NCBI GenBank assembly: GCA_963854885.1
Contig: CAWLAW010000001.1
Coordinates: 1 to 37,391 of the forward strand
Reading direction: 5' to 3'
Source of the DNA: Gammaproteobacteria bacterium
GTDB taxonomy: Bacteria; Pseudomonadota; Gammaproteobacteria; Ga0077536
Length of the DNA stretch: 37,391 nt
In this document: piece after piece, positions 1-10,887 of the stretch
How positions within the stretch are numbered: position 1 is the first letter of the stretch
How the letters are laid out: every line of letters starts with the position of its first letter
Translations under genes and position numbers: made by a program
Notes under the pieces: model-generated
The model's input: only the letters and a program-made list of their open reading frames with translations
What the model was told of the DNA's origin: nothing
Databases searched by the model: none

Positions 1-41
1 TTGTCACGCAACAATTTTAGATACGGTGTAATGTCCATAAG

Positions 42-1208
42 CTACCGGAGCATTCCGCTTTTTTCTTCGGACTCTTCGAGAGAAAGATGATCAAGGCCTT
101 CCAATTTATCGCCGCCCTTCGCCGCTTTGCCTTCTAATTTAATTCGTAGTCGCAGTTCATTCATTGAGTCGGCGTTGCGCAGCGCATCCTCATAGGTCAC
201 GAGATCTTCTTCGTATAAGTTAAATAACGCCTGATCGAACGTTAACATGCCGAGCTCGTTGGACTTCGCCATAATGTTCTTGATTTCATGCACCTCACCT
301 TTAAGCACGAGGTCGGCGATTAAAGGGGAATTCAACAGAATTTCTATGGCAGCGACGCGACCTGCCCCGTTAACATGTTTCAGCAGGCGTTGTGAAATTA
401 TCCCCTTCAAGTTCAGCGACAAATCCATTAATAACTGGCTGCGACGCTCTTCGGGGAAAAAGTTGATTATCCGATCGAGTGCCTGGTTTGCGCTGTTCGC
501 GTGCAAGGTTGCCATCGCGAGGTGACCAGTCTCCGCGAAGGCGATACCGAATTCCATTGTTTCGCGGTCGCGAATTTCGCCAAGTAATATGACATCTGGG
601 GCTTGGCGTAATGTGTTCTTCAGCGCGATTTCCCAATCATCGCAGTCGACCCCAACTTCGCGTTGCATCAAGATGCAGTTTTTATGCGGGTGTACATACT
701 CGATCGGGTCTTCGATCGTGATAATGTGGCCGTAACTATTCTCGTTTCTATGGTTAATCATCGCTGCTAGCGATGTCGATTTACCGGAGCCTGTACCGCC
801 AACCATTATCACAAGGCCGCGTTTTGTCATGGCGATGTCTTTCATCACCACGGGAAGGCCTAATTGATCTATCGTCGGCACTTCCGTTTCAATCGTCCGT
901 AATACCATCCCGGTATATGACTGTTGAACGAAAGTATTAACACGAAATCTTCCTATACCGGCTGGCGCAATGGCGAAATTACATTCTTTTGTCGCTTCAA
1001 ATTCTTTGAGCTGGCGATCATTCATAATCGCATAAGCTAATGCTTTCGAGTTCTCAGACGTCAGTTTTGTTTTCGAAACAGGGGTGACTTTACCGTCTAT
1101 TTTAATCGCTGGCGGGAAATCGACGGTGATGAATAAATCGGAGCCCTTTTTATCGACCATGAGCTTGAGCAAGTCGCGCATGTACTTAATCGCTTGTTCG
1201 CGTTCCAT
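42..1208 (-). CDS. pilU: Type IV pilus retraction ATPase PilU (PilT-family hexameric ATPase)
   Basis: 388-aa ORF. Walker A GGTGSGKST, Walker B-like DVILLGEIRD, His box ETGHLAMATLHAN. Lacks the PilT-specific AIRNLIRE motif. Lies immediately downstream of pilT, as in Pseudomonas. Confidence 0.9.
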   Translation of the reverse strand: MEREQAIKYMRDLLKLMVDKKGSDLFITVDFPPAIKIDGKVTPVSKTKLTSENSKALAYAIMNDRQLKEFEATKECNFAIAPAGIGRFRVNTFVQQSYTGMVLRTIETEVPTIDQLGLPVVMKDIAMTKRGLVIMVGGTGSGKSTSLAAMINHRNENSYGHIITIEDPIEYVHPHKNCILMQREVGVDCDDWEIALKNTLRQAPDVILLGEIRDRETMEFGIAFAETGHLAMATLHANSANQALDRIINFFPEERRSQLLMDLSLNLKGIISQRLLKHVNGAGRVAAIEILLNSPLIADLVLKGEVHEIKNIMAKSNELGMLTFDQALFNLYEEDLVTYEDALRNADSMNELRLRIKLEGKAAKGGDKLEGLDHLSLEESEEKSGMLR

Positions 1209-1247
1209 ATTAGGCCTCTTCTAACCTTCAGTGGCGACGATGGTGGA

Positions 1248-2282
1248 TTATATATTGTCCTTATTCGTTGCCTTCGACTGCGCTTCGCTGCGCGAAACGG
1301 AGCCCTTTTTCACCAATTCCGCAAGGCACTGGTCTAAGGTCTGCATGCCAAACTGCTGCCCCGTTTGAATAGCAGAATACATCTGCGCGATTTTATTTTC
1401 ACGAATTAGATTTCGAATAGCGGGGGTACCCATCATAATTTCATGAGCTGCAATTCTGCCACCGCCATTTTTCTTCATTAGGGTCTGCGAGATCACAGCG
1501 CGCAAACTCTCCGAGAGCATCGCTCTGACCATACTTTTTTCTTCTGCTGGGAAAACATCCACGATACGGTCGATTGTTTTCGCTGCCGAGCTTGTATGCA
1601 ATGTGCCAAATACCAAGTGGCCGGTTTCAGCAGCCGACAAGGCCAATCGAATCGTTTCTAGATCGCGCATTTCACCGACCAAAATCGTGTCTGGATCTTC
1701 TCGCAAGGCTGAGCGCAGCGCTTCGTTGAAGCCCAACGTATCGCGATGGACTTCGCGCTGGTTAATCAGACATTTCTTGCTTTGGTGAACAAATTCTATC
1801 GGATCTTCGATAGTTAATATGTGACCATATTCGGTCTCATTCTTATGATTGACCATCGCCGCCAAGGTCGTAGATTTTCCGGAACCGGTGGGTCCCGTGA
1901 CTAGCACGACGCCGCGCGGAATTTCCGAAATTTCTTTGAATATGTTTGGAGCACCTAGGTCCTCAAGACTTAGAATCTCCGATGGAATTGTTCTGAAAAC
2001 AGCTCCGGAACCGCGATTTTGATTGAACGCATTGACCCGGAATCTGGCCAGCCCAGGGATTTCGAACGAAAAGTCACATTCCCAAAATTCCTCATAATCC
2101 TTGCGCTGTTTATCGTCCATGATGTCGTATACGAGATCGTGGACTTCGGTATGGTCCATGGACGGCACATTAATCCGTCGTACATCCCCATCGACTCGGA
2201 TCATCGGTGGTAGCCCGGCTGATAAATGTAAATCCGAACAACCATTTTTCACGCCGAAGGCGAGAAGCTCACCAATATCCAT
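1248..2282 (-). CDS. pilT: Type IV pilus twitching-motility ATPase PilT
   Basis: Walker A GPTGSGKST, DTILVGEMRD, ETGHLVFGTLHTS and the PilT signature AIRNLIRE. I place the start at ATG 2282 (MDIGELL..., 344 aa, canonical PilT length), preceded by a GGGGG Shine-Dalgarno-like run. The track ORF extends 22 codons further, to 2348. Confidence 0.93.
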   Translation of the reverse strand: MDIGELLAFGVKNGCSDLHLSAGLPPMIRVDGDVRRINVPSMDHTEVHDLVYDIMDDKQRKDYEEFWECDFSFEIPGLARFRVNAFNQNRGSGAVFRTIPSEILSLEDLGAPNIFKEISEIPRGVVLVTGPTGSGKSTTLAAMVNHKNETEYGHILTIEDPIEFVHQSKKCLINQREVHRDTLGFNEALRSALREDPDTILVGEMRDLETIRLALSAAETGHLVFGTLHTSSAAKTIDRIVDVFPAEEKSMVRAMLSESLRAVISQTLMKKNGGGRIAAHEIMMGTPAIRNLIRENKIAQMYSAIQTGQQFGMQTLDQCLAELVKKGSVSRSEAQSKATNKDNI

Positions 2283-2490
2283 AGCACCCCCTGAAAGACG
2301 CGTGTGTTTGTTGCTCAGGCAACCGTCGAAATTGAATTGAGAGGTCACCGGATATCTGCTTGACCTTAGCGGCCCAAAGGCCGCTCAAGTACTCACCTAG
2401 ATTCAAACTTTAGCAAGTAACTACCCGTATTGTCGTGCAAAATCCACTACAATCCTGTCAAGCAGTATAACCCAGGCGACGACCCAGCGC

Positions 2491-3168
2491 ATGATTTACA
2501 CGATCGACCACTATGAGGATATATTGCGCCGCATTAGTTGTGCCGCCGTCGCAGCCGGTCGCAATGCGCAAGATGTGGAGTTGTTAGCGGTAAGTAAACA
2601 CCAATCTGTAAATGCGATCCGCCAACTCGCCGGGTACGGGCAGCGAAGCTTTGGAGAAAATTATCTCCAAGAAGCCGAATCTAAGATAATTGAGCTTGCC
2701 GAATTGTCCTTGCAGTGGCACTTCATAGGGCAATTACAGTCGAACAAAACACGCGTAGTCGCGCGTTTGTTCGATTGGGTGCATAGCGTCGATCGATTCA
2801 AAATTGCCCAACGGTTAGATGCACAACGACCGGAAGCGGCACCGCCATTAAACATCTGCGTCGAAGTAAATATCAGCGGTGAGACCTCGAAAGGCGGAAT
2901 CGCCCCAACCGAGGTCCCAGATTTCATTGCGGCCTTGGCGTCTTTTCGTCGACTCCGCGTGCGCGGGTTGATGGCGTTGCCGTCGCCAGCGGCAACGATT
3001 ACCGCGCAACGGAGATCATTTCAAAGACTTAGCGAAGTACTCGTGGCGCTTAAACAACCACAGTTGAGCTGTTTATCGATGGGTACTTCTGCCGATTTTG
3101 AAGCCGCTATCGCTGCGGGTTCAACAGTCGTGCGCATTGGTACGGCGTTGTTCGGGCCGCGCGATTAG
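2491..3168 (+). CDS. yggS: PLP homeostasis protein YggS (alanine racemase N-terminal fold)
   Basis: 225 aa. Motifs LLAVSKHQ (PLP lysine), FGENYLQE and WHFIGQLQSNK. Divergent from pilT and upstream of proC, a conserved arrangement. Confidence 0.9.
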   Translation: MIYTIDHYEDILRRISCAAVAAGRNAQDVELLAVSKHQSVNAIRQLAGYGQRSFGENYLQEAESKIIELAELSLQWHFIGQLQSNKTRVVARLFDWVHSVDRFKIAQRLDAQRPEAAPPLNICVEVNISGETSKGGIAPTEVPDFIAALASFRRLRVRGLMALPSPAATITAQRRSFQRLSEVLVALKQPQLSCLSMGTSADFEAAIAAGSTVVRIGTALFGPRD

Positions 3169-3230
3169 TTGTTCGCGCGACTCGAGTTCGTTATTTAACT
3201 ATCACCTAATTCCGAGTAACGTAATCGTCT

Positions 3231-4055
3231 ATGGAAAAGCACATCCTGAGTATCGGCGGCGGCAATATGGGTCGCGCAATTATTGGCGGCTTATTAGCAA
3301 AAGGCTATCCGCCGGAACGCCTTTGCGTGGTCGAGCCTAACGAAAATGCTCGGACGCTCGTCACTGAGCAATTTGGCGTATCCGTCAGCGCCGCATGTCG
3401 AGAAATCCGCGACGAGGAAATCGTATTGCTTGCCGTCAAACCTCAGATTATGCAGGATGTAGTCACTCAATTAGCCGGTTTAATAACGGGAAAACGGCCG
3501 TTATTTATATCGATTGCGGCCGGAATTACAACTAACCAGATTAGTCGTTGGCTGGATGCCGTGGTCCCGATCGTCAGAGTTATGCCAAATACACCCTCGC
3601 TGGTTGGACGCGGTGCAGCAGCCTTATTTGCGACCGCGCAAACCCGAGATCATGAAAAAGTAGCCGCAGAATCGGTAATGGCAGCCGTCGGGCTGGCTGA
3701 GTGGGTAGCCGATGAGGCGTTACTCGACGTGGTTACTGCACTGTCTGGGAGTGGTCCCGCGTATTTCTTTTTATTTATGGAGTTGATGGAAGAAATCGCT
3801 GTAGAGCTTGGACTCGAGCGCTCGATTGCTCGCAAACTCACGATTGAGACCGCACTAGGGTCGGCAGAACTCGCACGAAACTCGACTCAAACGCCGGGTG
3901 AGCTACGTCAGCATGTCACTTCTCCGGGTGGAACGACGCAACGCGCGCTCGAGATCCTGGACGGCGGCGATATAGCGGGGTTAATGCGCAAGGCGCTACG
4001 CGGAGCGCACAGTCGCTCGATTGAACTCGCGGCGGCCGCCGAGGAACCAGCATGA
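3231..4055 (+). CDS. proC: Pyrroline-5-carboxylate reductase
   Basis: 274 aa. N-terminal Rossmann motif GGGNMGRAIIGGL; also RVMPNTP, GSGPAYFF and VTSPGGTT. Confidence 0.93.
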   Translation: MEKHILSIGGGNMGRAIIGGLLAKGYPPERLCVVEPNENARTLVTEQFGVSVSAACREIRDEEIVLLAVKPQIMQDVVTQLAGLITGKRPLFISIAAGITTNQISRWLDAVVPIVRVMPNTPSLVGRGAAALFATAQTRDHEKVAAESVMAAVGLAEWVADEALLDVVTALSGSGPAYFFLFMELMEEIAVELGLERSIARKLTIETALGSAELARNSTQTPGELRQHVTSPGGTTQRALEILDGGDIAGLMRKALRGAHSRSIELAAAAEEPA

Positions 4056-4630
4056 GTGGCGGTAGCTATTTCGCCAATGCCGGGGTCTTTTTGATCGATA
4101 CGATGTTCGGCATCTACATATTGGCCGTCATGTTGCGATTTTTTTTACAACTCGTGCGCGCCGATTTTTACAATCCGTTGTGCCAAGCGATCGTCACGGT
4201 GACGAACCCGCCATTGAAACCGCTACGCCGAATCGTTCCACCTATGGGTAAAATAGACACTTCGTCGATCGTGCTGCTGCTTCTATTGCAAATAATCAGC
4301 AGTTATTTGGTGTTTTTCTTCCTCGGCGTAGGGCCTAATTTTGCGGGTGTCCTAATTAGCGCAGTCGCGGAACTCATCAACAAGGCAATTTATTTATTTA
4401 TATTCGCGATTGTTATACAGATTGTCGTGAGTTGGATTTCACCAGGAACTTATAATCCAATAATTGGCGTTATCGACACATTGACTGCACCGATTATGCG
4501 CCCGGCGCGCAATGCCTTACCGCCCATGGGTGGTATAGACTTATCGCCAATGCTGGTGATCATCGGACTAACACTAAGTGCCATGCTCGTCGTTGCACCG
4601 TTACGAGACCTTGGACGATCGCTGCTCTAA
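4052..4630 (+). CDS. yggT: YggT-family integral membrane protein
   Basis: 192 aa with four hydrophobic helices forming two YGGT-type repeats. ATGA start/stop overlap with proC. Conserved yggS-proC-yggT order. Confidence 0.85.
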   Translation: MSGGSYFANAGVFLIDTMFGIYILAVMLRFFLQLVRADFYNPLCQAIVTVTNPPLKPLRRIVPPMGKIDTSSIVLLLLLQIISSYLVFFFLGVGPNFAGVLISAVAELINKAIYLFIFAIVIQIVVSWISPGTYNPIIGVIDTLTAPIMRPARNALPPMGGIDLSPMLVIIGLTLSAMLVVAPLRDLGRSLL

Positions 4631-4633
4631 ATT

Positions 4634-5788
4634 ATGACTATGCCTGATCAGATACCGGCCAACAGCGTCGGCGTCGTATCTTCGTCTAAACTCCATTTCC
4701 GCGATCCGCTCGACCTCGACTGCGGCGTTACGCTGCAAGAGTATGATTTAGTTTACGAATGTTACGGCGAGCTAAACGCCGAACGCAGTAATGCTGTGTT
4801 AATTTGCCACGCACTTAGCGGCGACCATCATGCAGCAGGGTACAATTCCGTCGACGAGGCGAAACCGGGTTGGTGGGATAACTGCATTGGTCCGGGCAAA
4901 CCAATTGACACCAATATTTATTTTGTCGTCTCGTCTAATAACCTTGGTGGCTGTGCAGGTTCGACCGGTCCGTTGTCTATCAATCCGAGCGTCGGTACGG
5001 CCTACGGACCGGATTTTCCGATCGTTACTGTACGGGATTGGGTTGAAAGCCAATCTCGCCTCGCGGATGCACTTGGGGTTACACGCTGGGCTGCTGTCAT
5101 GGGTGGCAGCCTCGGCGGCATGCAAGCCTTACAGTGGGCGATTGATTACCCCGACCGTGTCGCTCATTCGATTGTCATTGCTGCCGCCTCGAAACTCTCG
5201 ACGCAAAACATTGCCTTTAACGAAGTCGCGCGGCAAGCGATCCGCTACGACACCAGTTTCCATGAAGGACATTACCTCGACCATGACGTGGTCCCCGAGC
5301 GAGGATTGATGCTCGCGCGCATGCTTGGGCATATTACTTATTTGTCTGACGACGGACTGCATGCGAAATTTGGCCGAGAATTGCGTGATGGAAAACTTAA
5401 CTTTGGCTACGACGTTGAATTTCAGATTGAGAGTTATTTACGTCACCAGGGCCAAGCTTTTGTCGGGCGATTTGATGCCAACTCATACTTATTAATGACG
5501 AAATCTTTAGATTATTTCGATCCAGCGGCGCAATTCAACGATGACCTAACCGCAACACTAAAGCGCTGTACGGCGCAGTTCCTGGTCGTCTCATTTACCA
5601 GCGATTGGCGCTTCCCACCGACAAAATCGCGGGAGCTCGTTCGAGCACTACTAGATGCGGACAAAGATGTTAGCTACATCGATGTGGATTCAGAACAAGG
5701 TCACGACTCATTCTTGCTCGAATTTCCGGCTTACCACGACGTTTTACACAGCTATTTCGCGCGTATCGCTCGTGAGATCGACCAATGA
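4634..5788 (+). CDS. metX: Homoserine O-acyltransferase MetX (acetyl or succinyl specificity cannot be decided from the sequence alone)
   Basis: 384 aa, alpha/beta hydrolase fold. Nucleophile elbow [19 protein letters not shown] and the C-terminal GHDSFL His block. Followed by metW. Confidence 0.92.
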   Translation: MTMPDQIPANSVGVVSSSKLHFRDPLDLDCGVTLQEYDLVYECYGELNAERSNAVLICHALSGDHHAAGYNSVDEAKPGWWDNCIGPGKPIDTNIYFVVSSNNLGGCAGSTGPLSINPSVGTAYGPDFPIVTVRDWVESQSRLADALGVTRWAAVMGGSLGGMQALQWAIDYPDRVAHSIVIAAASKLSTQNIAFNEVARQAIRYDTSFHEGHYLDHDVVPERGLMLARMLGHITYLSDDGLHAKFGRELRDGKLNFGYDVEFQIESYLRHQGQAFVGRFDANSYLLMTKSLDYFDPAAQFNDDLTATLKRCTAQFLVVSFTSDWRFPPTKSRELVRALLDADKDVSYIDVDSEQGHDSFLLEFPAYHDVLHSYFARIAREIDQ

Positions 5789-6387
5789 CCGCATTACATC
5801 CTGACCAAACAATCATTGCTGCCTGGATACGCTCTGGAAGTCGCGTTTTAGACCTCGGTTGTGGTGATGGACGATTGCTTGCCGCATTGCAACGAGAACA
5901 AGGGGCAAGTGGCTACGGCATCGAGATCGATCCGGAAAATATTGTGCGTTGCATTACCAACGGCGTCAACGTGGTGCAATCTAACTTAGACGATGGTTTG
6001 GCGGACTTTGACGACAATTCATTTGACTATGTGATCATGACTCAAACTCTGCAAGCCGTTCGTTACCCACATCACTTGCTACACGAAATGCTGCGGATCG
6101 GACGCGAAGGCATTGTCACCTTTCCGAACATGGGACACTGGAAATGTCGTGCTCAAATTGCCTTTGGGCGTATGCCCGTCACGCAGCACCTTCCCGACAC
6201 GTGGTACAACACATCGAACATTCATATCTGTACGATCAAGGACTTCGAAGACTTTTGCGATCATGAGAATATAGAAATTCTACAAGGCACGGCGGTAGAC
6301 GCGCAGCACCGAGGCGGGACGGCGATGCGTTTAATGCCTAATTTGTTTGGGGAAATCGCGTTATATCGATTCCGTCGGCGCCCGTAA
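5785..6387 (+). CDS. metW: Methionine biosynthesis protein MetW (SAM-methyltransferase-like)
   Basis: 200 aa. SAM motif [14 protein letters not shown] overlap with metX. The metX-metW pair is conserved. Confidence 0.88.
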   Translation: MTALHPDQTIIAAWIRSGSRVLDLGCGDGRLLAALQREQGASGYGIEIDPENIVRCITNGVNVVQSNLDDGLADFDDNSFDYVIMTQTLQAVRYPHHLLHEMLRIGREGIVTFPNMGHWKCRAQIAFGRMPVTQHLPDTWYNTSNIHICTIKDFEDFCDHENIEILQGTAVDAQHRGGTAMRLMPNLFGEIALYRFRRRP

Positions 6388-6491
6388 CGGAATCCTTGTG
6401 TGGCGGGTTATGGTCAATGGCAAACCAGAAAGTGCGCGCGAGTCTGCTATATTTATAGGCTATTCAAACTAATCTGAGGGCGGGCCCGGAC

Positions 6492-6944
6492 ATGCAGCGT
6501 TTTAAGTCTTTTGCCATCGGTTTAATTGCACTAGCCCTTGTTGCAGCGCCGTCATTTTCTGCTGCAGAGCGATCAGAAGAATTTGGCGAATTCCAAGTTC
6601 ACTACAATGCGCTTACCACGGGACTGATCGAACCCAGTGTAGCGCGAGCTTACGGAATTATCCGCAGCAAACACCGCGCTCTAATCAACATTGCCGTTCT
6701 ACGACGCGTAATGGGAACGCCGGCCAAACCGGTCCAAGCGGTGGTAAAAGTTGAGGCCGTGAATCTCAGTGCGCAGTTACGCTCGATAGAAATGCGCGAA
6801 CTAAGTGACGCCGGTGCGATTTATTATATCGGGGAGTTTCCGATCAGCAACAACGACAATTTGACGTTTAACGTCGAGGTTACTCCTGACGGCTCTGAAA
6901 CTGCGCACGCCATCTCGTTCAAACAAGAGTTCTTTACTGATTGA
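6492..6944 (+). CDS. Secreted DUF4426-like protein of unknown function
   Basis: 150 aa. Signal peptide (FAIGLIALALVAAPSFSA/AE) followed by a beta-rich mature part. From memory, a DUF4426 gene follows metW in Pseudomonas in the same position. Confidence 0.7.
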   Translation: MQRFKSFAIGLIALALVAAPSFSAAERSEEFGEFQVHYNALTTGLIEPSVARAYGIIRSKHRALINIAVLRRVMGTPAKPVQAVVKVEAVNLSAQLRSIEMRELSDAGAIYYIGEFPISNNDNLTFNVEVTPDGSETAHAISFKQEFFTD

Positions 6945-6974
6945 GCGTCCCGATCGATCCGAGCATTGGTGGCC

Positions 6975-7781
6975 TTACGCCGTGATAAAGTCTTCAATGT
7001 TAACGGCGTAATCCATTACCAAAGGGGCGTGATCGGAAAATCGCTTGTTTTTATAAATTGATGCGGCGGTCACTTTGTCTGCCATATTCGGCGTCACGAT
7101 CTGGTAGTCAAGTCGCCACCCCACGTTGTTCGCCCATGACTGACCGCGATTTGACCACCATGTGTACTGATCCGGTTGATCATTAATAGCGCGAAATCCA
7201 TCGACATAGCCGGCTTGTCCGAATAATTCGTCCATCCAACTTCTTTCTTCGGGCAGAAACCCAGAGTTTTTCCGGTTAGAGCGCCAATTCCTAAGGTCTA
7301 TCTGCTTGTGCGCGATGTTCCAATCACCGCACAAGACATACTCTCTATCTTGCTTACGTCGTTGTTTTAACAGCGGCATGTAGAAATCTAGAAAATCGAA
7401 CTTAACTTGCTGACGGACGTCGCCCGATGAACCCGATGGTAAGTACAACGAGGCGACGCTTAACTTACCAAAATCGACTTGCAGATATCGCCCTTCGTTA
7501 TCGAATTTATCTTCACCAAGGCCATAAGTCACATTGTCCGGTTCGTGGCGCGAAAATACTGCCACGCCGCTGTACCCCGGTTTCACCGCATCCATGAAAT
7601 AGGTATGCCAACCGCGTGGTGCGTGAACCTTTCGATCGAGTTGCACTATCTTCGCTTTTGTTTCCTGCAGACAAACAATATCTGCCCGTTGCCTGCTAAG
7701 CCATTGGTAGAAACCTTTTTTGTGAGCAGACCGAATACCGTTACAATTCAGCGAAATAATTCTCATGGATCGTTTAGTCAT
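6975..7781 (-). CDS. xth: Exodeoxyribonuclease III / AP endonuclease family (EEP fold), catalytic residues intact
   Basis: 268-aa ORF. The canonical N-terminus MRIISLNCNGIR begins at the second ATG (7766), so the start is 7781 or 7766. ExoIII catalytic blocks are present: LNCNG, LQETK, GDWNIAH, RLDYQ, SDHAP. Confidence 0.88.
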   Translation of the reverse strand: MTKRSMRIISLNCNGIRSAHKKGFYQWLSRQRADIVCLQETKAKIVQLDRKVHAPRGWHTYFMDAVKPGYSGVAVFSRHEPDNVTYGLGEDKFDNEGRYLQVDFGKLSVASLYLPSGSSGDVRQQVKFDFLDFYMPLLKQRRKQDREYVLCGDWNIAHKQIDLRNWRSNRKNSGFLPEERSWMDELFGQAGYVDGFRAINDQPDQYTWWSNRGQSWANNVGWRLDYQIVTPNMADKVTAASIYKNKRFSDHAPLVMDYAVNIEDFITA

Positions 7782-7915
7782 CTATGCAAACTTGGCGACT
7801 AACCCGATCGCCAGCGTTAGAGGTGCCGCGATGAGCACATCGCGCCGTAGGCCACCAGTGTAACCCCGAGACTTTCCACGAGCGAGGCTCGTCGATTAAA
7901 TAGAGCGATACCAGC

Positions 7916-8557
7916 ATGGAAGATTATCAAAGAGAATTCATTGAGTTCGCATTGCATCACGAGGTGTTGCGCTTCGGGGATTTCACCTTAAAGTCGGGGC
8001 GCCAGAGCCCGTACTTTTTTAATACGGGTTTGTTCAACTCGGGGGCCGCTCTTAGTCGACTCGGCGAATTTTACGCTCGCGCCATTGTCGCTAGCGGCGT
8101 TGAGTTCGATTTACTCTATGGTCCGGCGTACAAAGGGATCCCCTTAGGTGCGGCCATAGCGATCGCTTTCTCACAGATGTTTGACCGCGATGTACCGTTT
8201 TGCTTCAACCGTAAAGAAACAAAAGATCACGGCGAGGGTGGCGATACATTGGGTGCCCCGTTGAGCGGCAAGGTGTTAATTGTCGATGACGTCATTTCCG
8301 CAGGCACCTCGGTAGGCGAATCAATGAATATTATTCAACGAGCGGGCGCGAGCGCGGCCGGGGTGATGATTTCTTTGGACCGTCAAGAACGCGGACAAGC
8401 GGACGTTTCCGCTATTGACGAGGTTCGACAGCGCTTTGGAATTCCCGTTTATAGTATTTTGACAGTTGTTAACATCCTCGAATTTCTCGACAAATCGCAC
8501 AAAATGGACGAACAAGTGCGCGCAATTACGGCCTATCGTGACAAATATGGTGCATGA
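7916..8557 (+). CDS. pyrE: Orotate phosphoribosyltransferase
   Basis: 213 aa. PRPP-binding motif [27 protein letters not shown] and YKGIPL. Confidence 0.95.
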   Translation: MEDYQREFIEFALHHEVLRFGDFTLKSGRQSPYFFNTGLFNSGAALSRLGEFYARAIVASGVEFDLLYGPAYKGIPLGAAIAIAFSQMFDRDVPFCFNRKETKDHGEGGDTLGAPLSGKVLIVDDVISAGTSVGESMNIIQRAGASAAGVMISLDRQERGQADVSAIDEVRQRFGIPVYSILTVVNILEFLDKSHKMDEQVRAITAYRDKYGA

Positions 8558-8638
8558 TTCAGAATTCGTTCACGCACGGCGTCTATACTAAATTGCGGTA
8601 GAAAAGAAAAATTTTCAGAAATCTCTTGAGTTTGAAAA

Positions 8639-9283
8639 ATGATTGAGACAACGCTTCAAAATTGGTTGCTGCCCAAGCCATTACTAATGGTCTTTTTCGC
8701 TGCGAGCGTGTTTAGCACAATGCCCGCAGAAGCCAAAATCAAATGCTGGAAGAACCACGAAGGAGTCCGCGAATGCGGCCATTCCGTACCGCCAGAATTT
8801 GCGCAGCAGGGCCACCAAGAATTGAGCGAAGGCGGTGTGCGTAAAACGCAGACGCAACGTGCGAAGTCGTTAGAGGAACTGGAAACCGAACAAGCGGCCG
8901 AAAATGTGAAGCTTGCGGAAGAAAAATTGCGCGGCGAGCAAGCCGTTTTAGATCGGGTATTACTGGATACATTTAGTTCCGAAGACGACCTTTTACTGGC
9001 GCGAGACGGCCAGATGGCTCATCTAGAATCGCAAATAAAGTTAACCGATAGTCATATCGCCAAGCTCAAGAATAACTTAGAAGACCTAATACAAGATGCC
9101 GCCAACCACGAACGGCGTGGCAAACAACCTCCCGAGAAACTTATTACGCATATAACCAGCCTGCGTGAGCAAATTAGTGATAACGCAAAGTTCATTGAAA
9201 CGAAGCGGCTCGAGCAGGCGCAATTGACTGCAAAATTCGAAGCGGATATTTCTCGTTTTCGGAGGCTAAAGGGCGGGAATTAA
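8639..9283 (+). CDS. DUF4124-like secreted or anchored protein with a C-terminal coiled coil
   Basis: 214 aa. N-terminal hydrophobic signal or anchor, a Cys-containing KCWKNHEGVRECGHSVPPEF block typical of DUF4124, then a long charged heptad-like region. Confidence 0.7.
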   Translation: MIETTLQNWLLPKPLLMVFFAASVFSTMPAEAKIKCWKNHEGVRECGHSVPPEFAQQGHQELSEGGVRKTQTQRAKSLEELETEQAAENVKLAEEKLRGEQAVLDRVLLDTFSSEDDLLLARDGQMAHLESQIKLTDSHIAKLKNNLEDLIQDAANHERRGKQPPEKLITHITSLREQISDNAKFIETKRLEQAQLTAKFEADISRFRRLKGGN

Positions 9284-9323
9284 ATAATTCGAGGAACTAA
9301 GGACTGCAAAAATACTTATCGAA

Positions 9324-10852
<1,529 letters not shown>

Positions 10853-10887
10853 TTACGCAACATCGAGTGCGCTTTGCGGCGAGATGT

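Noticed and set aside
2283-2348. N-terminal extensions of the track ORFs for pilT (to 2348), coaBC (to 14700, TTG), the ABC ATPase (from 17435, TTG), rsmD (to 24480, TTG) and mutM (from 20478)
   Set aside because: The extensions have no counterpart in the respective protein families. Internal ATG or GTG starts restore the canonical N-termini, and several have better RBS context.
2368-2385. 7-bp hairpin AGCGGCC-CAAA-GGCCGCT in the pilT/yggS divergent spacer
   Set aside because: It is short and GC-rich, with no U-tract on either strand and no repeat copies elsewhere in the window. That is insufficient to call a regulatory element or a REP.
2385-2396. SlmA-binding-site-like sequence TCAAGTACTCAC in the pilT/yggS spacer
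   Set aside because: It matches the palindromic SBS consensus GTGAGTACTCAC in the right half (9 of 12 positions overall), but the left half-site is lost. A single degenerate site is expected by chance in 37 kb.
4830-5309. 159-aa alternative-frame ORF inside metX, and similarly 36171..36635 inside ctaD
   Set aside because: These are same-strand out-of-frame ORFs within genes whose main frames carry complete catalytic motif sets.
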